A stretch of DNA of 63,534 nt, filler included, from Bonamia ostreae (taxonomy: Eukaryota), in assembly GCA_040357525.1 (NCBI GenBank). It is 46 parts of 46 records of this genome, joined end to end, with 100 filler letters (N's around TTAATTAATTAA, not from the genome) between each part and the next. Parts side by side here need not be neighbours in the genome. Positions count along the whole stretch, not along the records: positions 12,518 to 13,806 come from JBDODL010002119.1; positions 13,907 to 15,194 come from JBDODL010002120.1; positions 15,295 to 16,582 come from JBDODL010002121.1; positions 16,683 to 17,970 come from JBDODL010002122.1; positions 18,071 to 19,357 come from JBDODL010002123.1; positions 19,458 to 20,744 come from JBDODL010002124.1; positions 20,845 to 22,129 come from JBDODL010002125.1; positions 22,230 to 23,514 come from JBDODL010002126.1; 38 more parts are not named here. One strand, written 5' to 3'. Positions 12,784-25,100 of the stretch are shown piece by piece (within the stretch, counting starts at the first letter, position 1; the number at the start of each line of letters is the position of its first letter). A program made the position numbers and the translations under genes. A model generated the notes under the pieces. That model was not told the origin of the DNA. It searched no databases and saw only the letters and a list, made by a program, of their open reading frames with translations.

Positions 12784-13724
12784 TTCTAATTGCGAAGAAG
12801 TGAGTTTCTGAGGATTAGATTTTTCATAATCGATTAATTTGTTCCAATGAACAACTTGGAGATAATCTCTTTCGTGGACCTTCGATGATCCGTAAGGTGG
12901 TCTTTAAGATGACAAATTTCAACCTCGCGATCATTCCAGACAAAATGAAACGTTTCAATCTTTTTCTGTGAAGGCAACAGGTTTTCGCGTTTTGGTGTTG
13001 TTGATAAAGCCCCGCGAGCATTCCTTTGGCCTAATTTATGAAAATATTAAAATTTTGCTTTTACCATATTTTTGTCGTTTGTGTGTTCCCAGCTATCGTA
13101 CTCTCGCCAGATCTGGTCAACTCCGGACATTGGGGTCACGAGCGCTAAATGGTAAACTCCTCTTATTGCCCGTTTCTTTTCGTTTTCCGGAATACCTTTC
13201 AGCTTTAAAATGTGGTTTGGCCAAAATTGTTTAAAATTCAAAAACCTCTTTTTTGAGGAAATTGATGTGGTCGGACCAAATTGACGCCGAGTTAACGTCC
13301 ATTCCGACGTTTTTGATCACAAACTCGTAAGCCGTGTCTAAATTGATAAAAAGAACTTATGTCCCTCAACTCGTTAGTTGAGCCTCTTTTGACGATTCGA
13401 ATGTAATTTATATAAGAACGCCACAAATCAACGTCCAAACAGTTGAAAAGACATTTTTTGAACAAGCGTTCGACGAGTTCTATAATAAATCGAAAAGTTG
13501 GTTTTGTTCATTGCGGTAAATTTTGAATGGCAAAAACCATAATTTTTGACTGCTATTTCCTTTTCGATGTAAGATTTCCAAAAACGCGCGGCGGTTGGGA
13601 AAACGCTCAGAAAAGCGTTATATTTTTTGCGTGAAATTTCCGGAATCGAAGTTTCTTTCAAAATCATTTTCCACGCATCTACGTTATATTTGTCTTCCCG
13701 AAGGATTTCTTCGATCTTGTTCAT
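12784..13724 (-). CDS. CSTF3: Cleavage stimulation factor 77 kDa (CstF-77/Rna14), N-terminal HAT repeats; introns 13480-13537, 13338-13356, 13203-13245, 13031-13064, 12902-12923, then from 12783
   Basis: Spliced product: YNVDAW...FPTAARFWKSYIEKE...VERLFKKCL...VDLWRSYINYIR...AYEFVIKNVGMDVNSASIWSDHINFLK...PMSGVDQIWREYDSWE...WNKLIDYEKSNP. Confidence 0.9.
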
Positions 13725-14178
13725 TAGCTCAATTTTAGTTATAGGACTTTTGTGTTGTTTTTATTATATCGCTTATGTTAAATCTTTGTTGACTAAATGA
13801 AAATAANNNNNNNNNNNNNNNNNNNNNNNNNNNNNNNNNNNNNNNNNNNNTTAATTAATTAANNNNNNNNNNNNNNNNNNNNNNNNNNNNNNNNNNNNNN
13901 NNNNNNGTTTCTGGTTCATCTAATATACAGTGTACATCACCAAAATAAGAGGAAAAAATAACCATATTTGTGACGAACGAGATATTTCTTCACCAAATCA
14001 AACTTTCCTCACAGAAAAGATTCTTCCTGATAGATGAAAGTTCCTCGCATGTCTGTAAATGTCTTGTCGCTCTCTGCGTTTTGAATGCTGATATAAAGCA
14101 TGTCTGCATCAAAACAAATCATTATACTCTGTACATTTCAATTTCAGAGTTGATATAGATATGTTCTAATTTACACAG

Positions 14179-14343
14179 GAACCATTCCAAATCCAATTGA
14201 TGGTGTTGTGACACGTCGTGCATGTGTCCCGGGTGTTATTTCCCCATGTGATTCTCATTATGACATTAAAGTGAAAAACTGTGGTCAGTATAGGGTGTAT
14301 CATTTGGCCCAACCAACGAGTTGTCCAGAAGCTTATTGCTTTG
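14179..14343 (+). CDS. Host exon encoding part of a D8C/D10C cysteine-rich domain (UMOD/GP2/OIT3/VWDE-like)
   Basis: AG|...TIPNPIDGVVTRRACVPGVISPCDSHYDIKVKNCGQYRVYHLAQPTSCPEAYCF|GT. Confidence 0.8.
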
Positions 14344-14619
14344 GTACGTGAGTACAATCATATAATTCAATATACCTTTTTATATCAAATTCATAATTGC
14401 TCTCTTTATTTCTCCCTCTTCCTCTTTATATATCTCTCTCATTATCATTTAATTTCAATGATATAGGTATTGGAATATTTGCTCAAAATATTACAAATGT
14501 CTAGAATACGAAAAATATTGATTCATCAAGGAAATATACGGAAGGCTATGACTGTGGATTTTCTCACTATGTAAACTTCTTATATACTTCTGTACTTACA
14601 CCTTTGTAGAAGATTCTTG

Positions 14620-14960
14620 TTGGCTCGCCTGAGTCAAAGGCTTAAGTGAAAGTTTTGATCATACTTTGTCCGTCTATAAACTTTTTGTTCAAATCATTGT
14701 CCCTAGGGTTAGTGTGGGGCCACGAAATTGGATCAAAGATTTACATGCTGACATATTGGAACAATCCTTAAATATATTCTTCTCAAGAATAATTGGGCCA
14801 TAAAAGTGAAAATATACATGAAAGCTTTCTACCATCGAATAAATTCGAACTTGTTCAAATCATGATCCCCGGGGTAGGGGTGGGGGTCAAAATAGGGGAT
14901 CAAAGTCTTATAAGCTATTTTTTAGGAAAATATCGAAAAATTATCTTGAGCTCTTTAAGC
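14620..14960 (+). mobile_element. Degenerate non-autonomous Helentron/HINE-like bivalve element with about 166-bp satellite-like units
   Basis: Head GCTCGCCTGAG...AAGTG...GTCCGTC, then TTGTTCAAATCAT...GGGG...GGATCAAAG at 14685 and 14851 (period 166 bp). Confidence 0.55.
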
Positions 14961-17674
14961 TAGGGCTTTCATATGCAAAGCCTTTTATTTCTTATCGTGG
15001 CCTTTAACAATGTGACATCGAACTCGGAGTTTGGCCTACTTTAAGAAAACATAATCTGTTCAATAAATCTGGAACTATTTGAGGGAATGTTCACATTCTG
15101 TATATATATTTTTATGGCAAAACCTTGTGACGCAATGCCGTTTGATCTTTTCGTCCTGCATGAGTTTGACCTACTTTTTTTTAAACATGACCTANNNNNN
15201 NNNNNNNNNNNNNNNNNNNNNNNNNNNNNNNNNNNNNNTTAATTAATTAANNNNNNNNNNNNNNNNNNNNNNNNNNNNNNNNNNNNNNNNNNNNAAATAT
15301 AATCACACTGGTTTATTATATCAGCACAAAAACTAGCAAAAATATAGCGGTATTTAAAAAGTTTAAATCAAAAAATAATCTACCACAAAATTTGTTTTTC
15401 AAATATTTATACAATTCGTTGACTTTAATATAACTGCCAATTTTGACTAAAACTGAGCAGACATTTTCAAATGTAATAATTCGAAATAGCAGTTTCAGAG
15501 ACAAATGAAAAACATTGAATTATTTTATGGGTTCTTTGAACACTTTTTATTTGAAAACATTCCAGCATCTTTTCGTCGTTTTGTTACATGGTCTTTTTCT
15601 TTTTAATTTTTCATTTGGCTTCAAAATTCCGACGAAATTTTCTTTCATTTGAACTATTTTAAAACGTGAAAACTATTTTTATGTCTTTTAACTATTTTTT
15701 AAACTATTTAAACGTGGAACTATTTTTACAATTTTCTATTGTAAGACAATTCATCATTTAACTTTGACCAATACTTTTAGTACAAAGCAAACGATTGTAT
15801 CTTTAAATTCGAATATTAAAATCAAATTTCGCGTTTACAAAAAATCGACGTGTATAAAATTTCGTTTGTACAAAATTTTTAAGATTTGATGTTCAGATGT
15901 ATTCTTTACGAAATGACAAATGTTGGTGTGAGATATTATATTTTAAATTAAATAGAATCTAAAGTTTTTTTTGCATATTTAATAAACGTTCAAACTTATA
16001 TTTTTAAATAGATTTTTTATTTATTCCAAAGCATCGACATTACTTTGAAAATATTTATTCAGAGGTTGTATCAACAGTTTTGCTTAGGTTTGGAAACAAA
16101 ATTACTGAGATTTAAGCCCATTCATTATCGAATGCTCACAGATAGTCAGATTGGCTGAATTGTCTCATCCAGAAAATATTTTTGACAAGATCAGATAAAA
16201 TAGCTATTAAAACTTTCATTAAAAATGGAAGAGATATACTCAACAACGAATTTCTACAAATTTTTGAAAAATTGGGAATTTAAAAATGAGTTGGATATTG
16301 TTTAATATGCAAGATAATATCCAGTTGTAACGTCCCTTCTATCATAAAATAGAACACTGAATTTCCAATCGTCAAATTTTTGATGAAAAGGGATATTGTT
16401 AAGACCCATAAAATCGAACAAAGGCTTTGAGTTTTTTGCAAAAATACGCACTTTCACATTAAACTTTGCGTTAATAGGTCCTACCGAATGCTCTCTGTCA
16501 TCATTATTGCTCATTGAAAATGGCTGAAAAGTGTTGTCATAAATGTACAAATCGTTCTCAAGGTTTAAACCAAACACGAAACNNNNNNNNNNNNNNNNNN
16601 NNNNNNNNNNNNNNNNNNNNNNNNNNTTAATTAATTAANNNNNNNNNNNNNNNNNNNNNNNNNNNNNNNNNNNNNNNNNNNNCAATATGATTTTTGATCA
16701 ATCTTTCGATTTTAATTTTCTTATTCTTTTTTTGCATAAATGTATCTTCTAATCCTATTTCAATTGGTATTTGGACGAATTCCGTTGTTCGTTAACACAA
16801 ATTTTTCTTGATTTATAATAATAAAATTCTAAAGTTTTACATTTTATTAAAGTATTACCATTTTTAGCTTATTTTAGTTTGGCCATTTTTAACGTTATAT
16901 TTAACTTATTTTGCAATTAAAAGGAATATTTGCAGCGATACAAAATAAACTAATTAAATTTTATAATTAAATTTTATTCAATAACGAATTGAATTTTAAT
17001 TTATTTAATTCTCAAATTCACACAAATAAATAATTAATGTGCCTCTTATAAAAGAAAGAAGAATGTTATTTGATACTCCGAAAACAGATTCCTTTTTTCA
17101 CATTTTGGCTTTCAACTTTTCGACTGATTTTCGACATTCCGATTGTTCATTTTCCATTCTTTCTAAAGCACAATTTTCTATATTTTTTATCATTTTTATA
17201 ATAGAAAGAATCCATCCTCTATGTTGAACCTTCAGGTCTTTAAACCGTTTTTGGGAAGATGAAATTTACCCAAGACACTAACTGTGGAATAATATTTAAG
17301 TTGTTTTGAAAGTGGCATTACCACCGGGGGCTCATTCAGAAACACTAGCGATGGTAACATCATAGCTGGCCCGTTTTCACAGAACGCTACTCCCGTTAAA
17401 CTTCTCTGGATCGCCATCAGTTGGAGGACCCTTTGGCACGAACAGTCATTAAACTGATAATGAGTTATATGTAAGGTTGCCTGATTTACACCATTTTATA
17501 ATTTTTTTGTTTTAACATTTTTATAATTTTTTTGTTTTTGATTTATTTTTTTTGTATTTTGTTTTTGATTTATTTTCTATCAATTATCGTTAATTTAAAT
17601 TTATTTTTTCCAATAAAAGCGTTTTTTAAATACACAAAATAAAAAAGTTCTATTATCACTTTTATTTTTTACAG

Positions 17675-17970
17675 AAAAAAGAATTTTCCGGTTAAAATCT
17701 GAGTTACGCCCCAGAACATGCCAATGATGAAATTGCTAATAAATCAGACTGGTATGCTCTGGGTTCAATAATATGGAAAACATTGTATGGAAAAACACCT
17801 AATCAAACTGTTTTTATTAAAGATAGAGTCGAACGCAATCAGATGATTAAAAAAGTATCGGAAATCAACCATGTTATAGAATTGGAAGCAAAATCTGAAC
17901 ATGAAAATGCGGCACTTCCCTTTGTAAAAGAATGAATCAGAGTAAAGTTGGAAGATAGGATTGACCTAGA
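17675..17970 (+). pseudogene. Protein kinase pseudogene fragment (subdomains VIII-XI)
   Basis: FSG*NLSYAPE...KSDWYALGSIIWKTLYGKTP...FVKE*IRVKLEDR, with in-frame TAA at 17693 and TGA at 17933. Confidence 0.7.
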
Positions 17971-18070
17971 NNNNNNNNNNNNNNNNNNNNNNNNNNNNNN
18001 NNNNNNNNNNNNNNTTAATTAATTAANNNNNNNNNNNNNNNNNNNNNNNNNNNNNNNNNNNNNNNNNNNN

Positions 18071-18148
18071 AAATTTTAGCGTTGAAATAAATTATAAAAT
18101 TTTAGCGTTGAAATAAATTATAAAATTTTAGCGTTGAAATAAATTATA
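18071..18148. repeat. 26-nt tandem repeat x3 in a probable intron upstream of the VPS13 exon
   Basis: AAATTTTAGCGTTGAAATAAATTATA repeated at the contig start. Confidence 0.9.
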
Positions 18149-18161
18149 AAAATGGCGCAAG

Positions 18162-19154
18162 AAAAAATGCGAGTTGGTTCGAAATTTCATTGGACGCGAT
18201 AGATTGCTTGGAGCCAGACAACGAAATCATCAAAACTTACAGGTTTTTGTTTTTCGTCGTTTATTCTTTTCTAATATTTCGACAACAATAACATAAAAAC
18301 TACAAAAAGATGCTTAAACGGCGAACCGAGTTTAAACGCGTCGATAAAAATAGCGATCAGTTGGCACTGCCCCGAAGAAAACTACAAAAACAACATTTTT
18401 AAGCTCTGCAAAATCCAGAAGAAATTGAACGAAAAGAGAACGATGAAAGAAAGCAGCGAAATTTCGAAACTAAAAATAAAATTATCCAAATTGCAAAATA
18501 TTCCGGAAACGGTGCAGATTTTGTCGATTGTTTTAGGCGACGTCAAAAGAGTTTTCAGAATTAGAAATGAAAGCGATTTGCTTTTGAAAGACCATTTTAT
18601 TGTTTCAAAAGATTCGCATAAAAGTTTGATTTTGATAAAACTTTTTTATTTCGAGTTTTAGTTGTTTGCCGTTTAATCGTGATTTCGTTGTTCTAAAATT
18701 GATTAAAATTTAAAAATTTTTGTTTTAAACTATTTTTATTTTGATCTGAGAAACTTTTTTAATTTTGCTTCAAACGAAAGTTTTGAAAATCCTTCTTTGT
18801 TCGGACAACGCGCTTTATTACGGATCGATCAACACAAGCGAACAAAAAAACAATAAGATAACATTGCATCCTTTGGCCACAACAACGGAGCACACATCAA
18901 AAAATAGCGATCGAGAAGAAATCAGAAAACTGCCACAGATTCATATCGAAATGGCATTTTCAAAAGTTGGAAATTTGAAGAGAAACGAAAAAGCTGTGAT
19001 GAAATTGAAGATGAGCAGATTGGGTCTTTCTCTAATCAAAAATGGCGAAGAATTGGTCTACGTCTGCATTTCAGACCTTTTCCTCAGACTTTCTGAATAT
19101 GACAAAAAGTTTATCTTCAAAGCTCTAATTGGAAGTCTCCAAATTGATAACACT
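18162..19154 (+). CDS. VPS13: VPS13-family lipid transfer protein, internal fragment (multi-exon)
   Basis: MKLKMSRLGLSLIKNGEELVYVCI...IGSLQIDN matches the VPS13 GxSLI...EExxY...LQIDN signature. Intron 18243-18309; another intron lies near 18620-18760 with unresolved ends; probable donor at 19155. Confidence 0.7.
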
Positions 19155-19182
19155 GTTTTTACTGAATATTAAAAAAACTATA

Positions 19183-19357
19183 AAAATCTGCGAAAAATAG
19201 TAATTTTGTTCAACATCAAAAAAATGCGAAAAAATAGTAATTTTGTTCAACATCAAAAATCTGCGAAAAATAGTAATTTTGTTCAACATTAAAAATTTGC
19301 GAAAAAATAGTAATTTTGTTCAACATCAAAAACTGCGAAAAAATAGTAATTTTGTTC
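19183..19357. repeat. About 38-nt tandem repeat x5 in the intron after the VPS13 exon
   Basis: TGCGAAAAA(A)TAGTAATTTTGTTCAACATCAAAAA units run to the contig end. Confidence 0.9.
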
Positions 19358-19457
19358 NNNNNNNNNNNNNNNNNNNNNNNNNNNNNNNNNNNNNNNNNNN
19401 NTTAATTAATTAANNNNNNNNNNNNNNNNNNNNNNNNNNNNNNNNNNNNNNNNNNNN

Positions 19458-20744
19458 ATATTTATATGAATATCTTTATTATCTTATTAGTTTAGAATTA
19501 TATAAATCATATTCTGGTGTTTCTTTAATATTGATTTGACTTTTTAATTTTTTAATGTATGTGAATATCTTTATTTATTTTTAGGTTTTGAATGTTTTAT
19601 TGCTTATTAATTATAGAAATTTTGTATTGATATTTTTTTTTTGTTTCACATTAAAATATTGTTTATGAAATTTTTATTTTTATTTTCGTTTTCATGCCTC
19701 CGACCTTACTTGCGCTTTTTTTAAATGAATTTTTATTATATTTATTTATTTTCTTTTATTTAAATTTTTCACATTACTAGTTCCTTTTAAATAAATTTGC
19801 ACAAGGGATCAAGTTTATTATTTTCTAAATACAAATTTAATTGTGTTGCTTTATTTTTAATAGAACTTGACTTTAAAAACTCTATTCTCGATGTTTTTAA
19901 ACGTATAAAATAAAAAGAAATTCACTTATTGTTTCCTTTGTATTACAAAAATTACATTTTTCAGTTTTTACTTCCTTTAGACTTTATTTTATCAATGTCT
20001 AAATTCTTTTGTTTAAACTTATACTTTTTTTGGCTGAATCTATTACTTCTTTATCAAATGTATACAATTTGTCAATATCATTTTTTTCATCTTTTTTTTT
20101 TGCAATTATTTTTGTTTGTTTTTCTATAAAGACAAAAGAGTTTCTTAATGATTTTTGTTTCAATTTGAACATTTTAAATTACTTTTTTGATCACATTCTT
20201 TTGATTTATGATTTTTTAGCACAGAATCTACATACAGCATTAACATTGATGCAGATATCTGCTGTGTGTTCGTATTTTTGACACCTATAACATTGTATTA
20301 TTTTTTTAATTTATATACCTTGATTTTTTGAATTCTTTACTGGCTACACTAAACTTTTTTCCTTTATCAGCATTTCATGTGTACTTTTGTCTTTCAAATT
20401 TAAGAAACCCGTACTTCAGCAATTAATGTAATGTCATTATTATTCATTTTGTTTATTATAAAATTTTCACTTTTACGTTCAACCGGTTTTTTATTTTTTG
20501 AACATTTTTCAATTAAGTGATTATTATATTTTGGTTGTTTGTCGAGGTATTCATCCTCAGTTTCTGTATACAATTTATCATCTTTATTTTTTCGTTGTGT
20601 TTGTATTCGTTTTTTAAATTTTTTTTAGCTTCTTTTATAACTTCTTGGTCAAACAATCGTGTTTTATCTTCAAAACCATCGGTTAACAGCCATTTGTTTG
20701 TAGTTATGATATTTTTGTTTAAATTTACAGTGGAATGCAGTAGA
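19458..20744 (-). mobile_element. Decayed AT-rich non-LTR (LINE, Jockey/I-like) retrotransposon: ORF1 CCHC knuckles and start of the APE domain
   Basis: IQCYRCQKYEHTADIC...CRFCAK/NHKSKEC...KCSN* at about 20150-20300, frameshifted. SSIKNKATQLNLYLENNKLDPLC at about 19800-19870 resembles the APE N-terminus. Confidence 0.7.
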
Positions 20745-20844
20745 NNNNNNNNNNNNNNNNNNNNNNNNNNNNNNNNNNNNNNNNNNNNTTAATTAATTAA
20801 NNNNNNNNNNNNNNNNNNNNNNNNNNNNNNNNNNNNNNNNNNNN

Positions 20845-22129
20845 GAATTATCAATAATAACTCCAAAAACATCCCCAAACTCATCTCCATGTTTCCCATC
20901 GTTGAAGAAGAACTGAATCTTCGGAACCTCCAAATAAGGCTGTTTGCATTCGAATCCGTACAACTGAGCGATCCCGTTCACACTGACACACGCAAAAATG
21001 TTTCCCTGACTACTCGTCGCGCCATCTAACACATTGGTCGGATCCAAATTCCGGTTCTCGAACAGTTTGATCTGCCGTCCCGTATCCATGTCCCAAACGA
21101 CGACATTGCCGTAGTAACCGGCGCTGAAGAGTATGTCTGGCTCGCTCGGATGCGCCGCCAAAGCCAAAATGTTCCGACTTTGGCGGTGCCCGCTTAGGCG
21201 ATGCAATATTTTGTGCGTTTCGACGTCAACGACGACGATCAAATCGGTCGTCCCTGAAAAAGCCAGTTTTCTCTTATCGCACGAAAAGGCCAGAGAAAGC
21301 ACTTTGTATTGCTGGAATTCTTTCGCGGCGAAACATCTTCTAAACGAGAACACAAACGAACACTCGAACTCGTCTTCTGGTCGGAATCTGTTCCATATCC
21401 TAACTTTGCCGTCGTGGTTGCTCGTGAAAAGAGCCTCTTTTCCTAAAATTTGCAGCAAAAACTTTCGTATTTTTGGTACACGATCGAGCTCACAGTTTGT
21501 TTTGGACCGGCGAATTTTTGTTTGAGTCTTTTGGAAAAAATGTCGATATCGATGTTGTCGTTAAAATGGCGAAAATCGCCGATATCTTCCAAGTACTTTT
21601 GGTCAAAATCGAGCGAAAATAAGATTCCGCCGTTGCCGCCACAGAAAATCTCTTTTCCGTTGGAATTCCATTCCAATTCGCTGATGCAGTTTTTTCTTCT
21701 TTTGCTCGGATTGTCCTGTTTTTGGGGGATTGGAAACGAAAAAACTCGATACGAAAAAATTGGATATCGCGCCATTTTCGATAATTGGAAAATGCTTTCG
21801 CCGTTTTCAAAGTTTTTGCAGAAATCCCTGAAATCCCAGACAAAGCACATTCCGTCGTCCGAACTCGACGCCACAAATTTCTCGCCGTGTTTCCAGAGAG
21901 GGGAGAGAAGGATTTTGTTGACGATTCGGCCGTGTTTGCCTAAGACTAGCACTAGTTCGTCTCTTTTGTTGTCCCAAACGCGGATGGAGCAATCGTAGCT
22001 ACCGCTGAAAATCAGCGAATCGTCTGGACTTAATGCGATGTCGCTGATGCCACCGTGGTGTTCGTTGAAGGTGTGGAGGAGCAATCCGTTTTGGGCATTC
22101 CATTTCTTCAGCCAGCCATGGCTGTCGCC
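20845..22129 (-). CDS. PHIP/BRWD-like WD40 protein, internal fragment; 20-nt intron 21443-21462
   Basis: WD repeats plus HRLSGH...AHPSEPDILFSAGYYGNVVVWD...FACVSVNGIAQLYGF...QFFFND, typical of the PHIP/BRWD WD region. Intron removal fuses the two ORFs. Confidence 0.8.
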
Positions 22130-25100
22130 NNNNNNNNNNNNNNNNNNNNNNNNNNNNNNNNNNNNNNNNNNNNTTAATTAATTAANNNNNNNNNNNNNNN
22201 NNNNNNNNNNNNNNNNNNNNNNNNNNNNNTGTTGGGACAGTATAGCATTTGCAAAAAGATCAGAAAAACAATTAGATGTTTAAAGAACTTTTTAACAACT
22301 ACAAACGAAAGTACCATTATTATCATTATGTTTGCCTTAACCTTCCATACGTTCGATTTCATTTTCTGCTTGTTTATTGATATTTACGTTAGAACAACGT
22401 AGAAAAAGACATGGGCGTGAATTCAGATATTTTGATGAAGATCTAGATAGCTACAAAGCAACTGTATCACATAAATGTAAGCTACTCTTCCAAGAAGTTC
22501 TTGTAACGTATCCATGGTATACATGTACATGGAGGTATATAACAGATAAAAACATGGAAATAAAAACGTCGGGTCATTTCGTGTTTTTATCTATTTAATG
22601 AATACATACAGATTAGATCAAAATAAAGTTAATTTTGTTTCAAAAACTTCAACTTCAAGCTTTGGGGCCAAATTAGTCCACACTATAGCATATATAGTCC
22701 TTCGTGTTATTTGCTGATGTTAGTCTTCCTCTCTTAATAAATTGTTGAGTTTTAAACAACATATTTCTTTCTGATTTATCTTTCCGGTATTTTTGACACA
22801 AGACAACAGTATTCACCAGAGTGTAGATTCACAAGGGAGACTTTAATAGAGTATATGTTTCTCCATCGTTCTATACACATATACGTATGTGTATCAGATA
22901 CATGCATTTTACAAGATACCCAACACAGCTATTACCGACTTTATAATCATCATGTGTGTATCTACATTACTCAAACTTTAATATCAATTTAATACTATTG
23001 ATAGGTAATACACTATGAGGAACGTTACTAACACCAATTTGATATGCAGCTTGTATACACACTGTTTGAACAAATTATAGTTCACAAATATGACGGGTTA
23101 TAGAAATTAACAAAACTGTTGAGTGGGAAAAGCGTTTCAACAATTTTAGGTCAGAAACAGAACCAATCGATACGGACTAAAATTTGTAAATCTACATACA
23201 TGTGTCATTTACATTGGAATCATATGTATTTGCTGTACATCTTATTTCCATTGATCGTTACAACTAATACTTAAATCATACTGTTTCTTTTTCAAATTGC
23301 AATTACAATTCTAAACCACCGTATTAGATCTCCTTTCAGATTCACTGCTTTTGAATAGAGGTGTTAGTATACATTTCAGGTATTGTTGTCTTGGACTTGC
23401 AATAAGTATGATCCTTGTCATTCCCTACTAAATAAACCAATTTATATTTATTGTGACAATTTTGTTTATGAACATTACTGAAACATTCCTGACATATGAC
23501 ATTAGTTTAAAAATNNNNNNNNNNNNNNNNNNNNNNNNNNNNNNNNNNNNNNNNNNNNTTAATTAATTAANNNNNNNNNNNNNNNNNNNNNNNNNNNNNN
23601 NNNNNNNNNNNNNNCTAAGCTTCTTCCACAAAAATTAATTCACATAGGTTACACTCAATTACGGATACAACTTTAGAAGATTTACACGTAATATCAACAA
23701 CTGTTTTGGTTCTGAAACTACGTCCGATGAGATTGTGATCAGTAAATCACAAGATTTACATTTTTGCAGAACATTTTGATATCGAGCTCATGGGTATTGA
23801 AAAGAAAGCATCAAACTTCAAAAGAGACATTTGTAATACCAATACCGTGGCAAATGGCGATAACGAAGTTATACATTTTAACGAAAATCTTGAGCAATAA
23901 GAAAACATTTTAGGTTAATGCGGCATCAGAACGAAAATTACATTGAATTGAATGGCGTTAATTTGAGTGTTAACTTTAACCTATCTTATGACTATTGACC
24001 AGTCATTATGAGCAGATTTCTTACATATTTGGGTTAGGGTTAGAGTAACCCTAAACCATATTAGGAACATATTTTGATTTCCAAAAAGTATTGACATAAT
24101 GATACTGCCATCAATATATGTGATCATGCCAGGTATTCATTTCTTTCTTAGTACCATTACCTTAAAATGCAGTTTTCGAATGACTGACATACTGCTAAAA
24201 AATGCAGAAACGTACAGATACAATGATTTTTGGCAAAGTTCTGGAAGGAAACGTCAGGTTTTGTCAAGTTCCGCACTTTAAGAATGTATTGTAGGTAAGG
24301 TAAGTTCCAATGACAGGGAAATCAAATTTGTTTAAAACTGAAACATGATTTTGAAGAATGTCTATTTTGGAAAGGGAAAAAGTGACTACTCTCAGGTTTT
24401 TTAATTTTCAAAATTTGATTTAAACAGTTGCTAAATAAAGTTTTGTGAACTTTTGAACGAGGTTATCTTTTGGAGATGACACTTGACGAACGATATGTAG
24501 ACACAATATTCAAATCTTATCAATGTTGTTTCAAAGTCCCTCCGTGTATTGATATTTTGTGACGTATAGGACTAGAAAGGTAAACTATCCTAAAAAGATA
24601 ACTGTTTAATGTCAATAAAGTCGAAGATATGATAATACTGGACTAACATGGGATTAAGATAAATTACATTCATTGCATTTGACTAGTATTTAATAACATT
24701 TCCGTCACTTTAGGAAACACCCATTGTCTAACATGATAATTGAAGTAATTTACAATGATGACGGATGGTATTTGAATGTGCTGTTTATTGATAACAATTA
24801 TCATTCCCTTACATAAATGATCAATTATCATTGAAAATCCATTCCAAAGACCCTGAAGCATACTACTACACCGTTCCCACTGTGAACTGTTCCTTTCANN
24901 NNNNNNNNNNNNNNNNNNNNNNNNNNNNNNNNNNNNNNNNNNTTAATTAATTAANNNNNNNNNNNNNNNNNNNNNNNNNNNNNNNNNNNNNNNNNNNNCA
25001 GGAATGATAAAAAATATGTGCTTATATCCCACGCTTCTTCTATAAATCCAAGAATGCATCTAATATGAACAGACATACTGATTAAATTAACGTCATGTGA

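Noticed and set aside
17318-17342. ACCACCGGGGGCTCATTC resembling the RNase MRP CR-V motif, or a ribozyme in this island
   Set aside because: No matching CR-I (GAAAGTCCCC) strand was found upstream, and no complete hammerhead or HDV core could be built on either strand.
17693-17935. Stop-codon reassignment suggested by in-frame TAA and TGA in a kinase
   Set aside because: Conserved protist genes end at TAA (RPL10A), TGA (PDH) and TAG (RPB6) and have no internal stops. Both kinase stops are one substitution from sense codons, so a pseudogene is the simpler explanation.
21133-21998. Long antisense or alternative-frame ORFs over the WD40, PDH, mL40 and RBM25 genes
   Set aside because: These are shadow ORFs of GC-richer coding sequence with no motifs.
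24030-24058. Telomere-like GGGTTAGGGTTAG...AACCCTAAACC inverted motif
   Set aside because: Only about two degenerate units, internal to a host contig; insufficient evidence.
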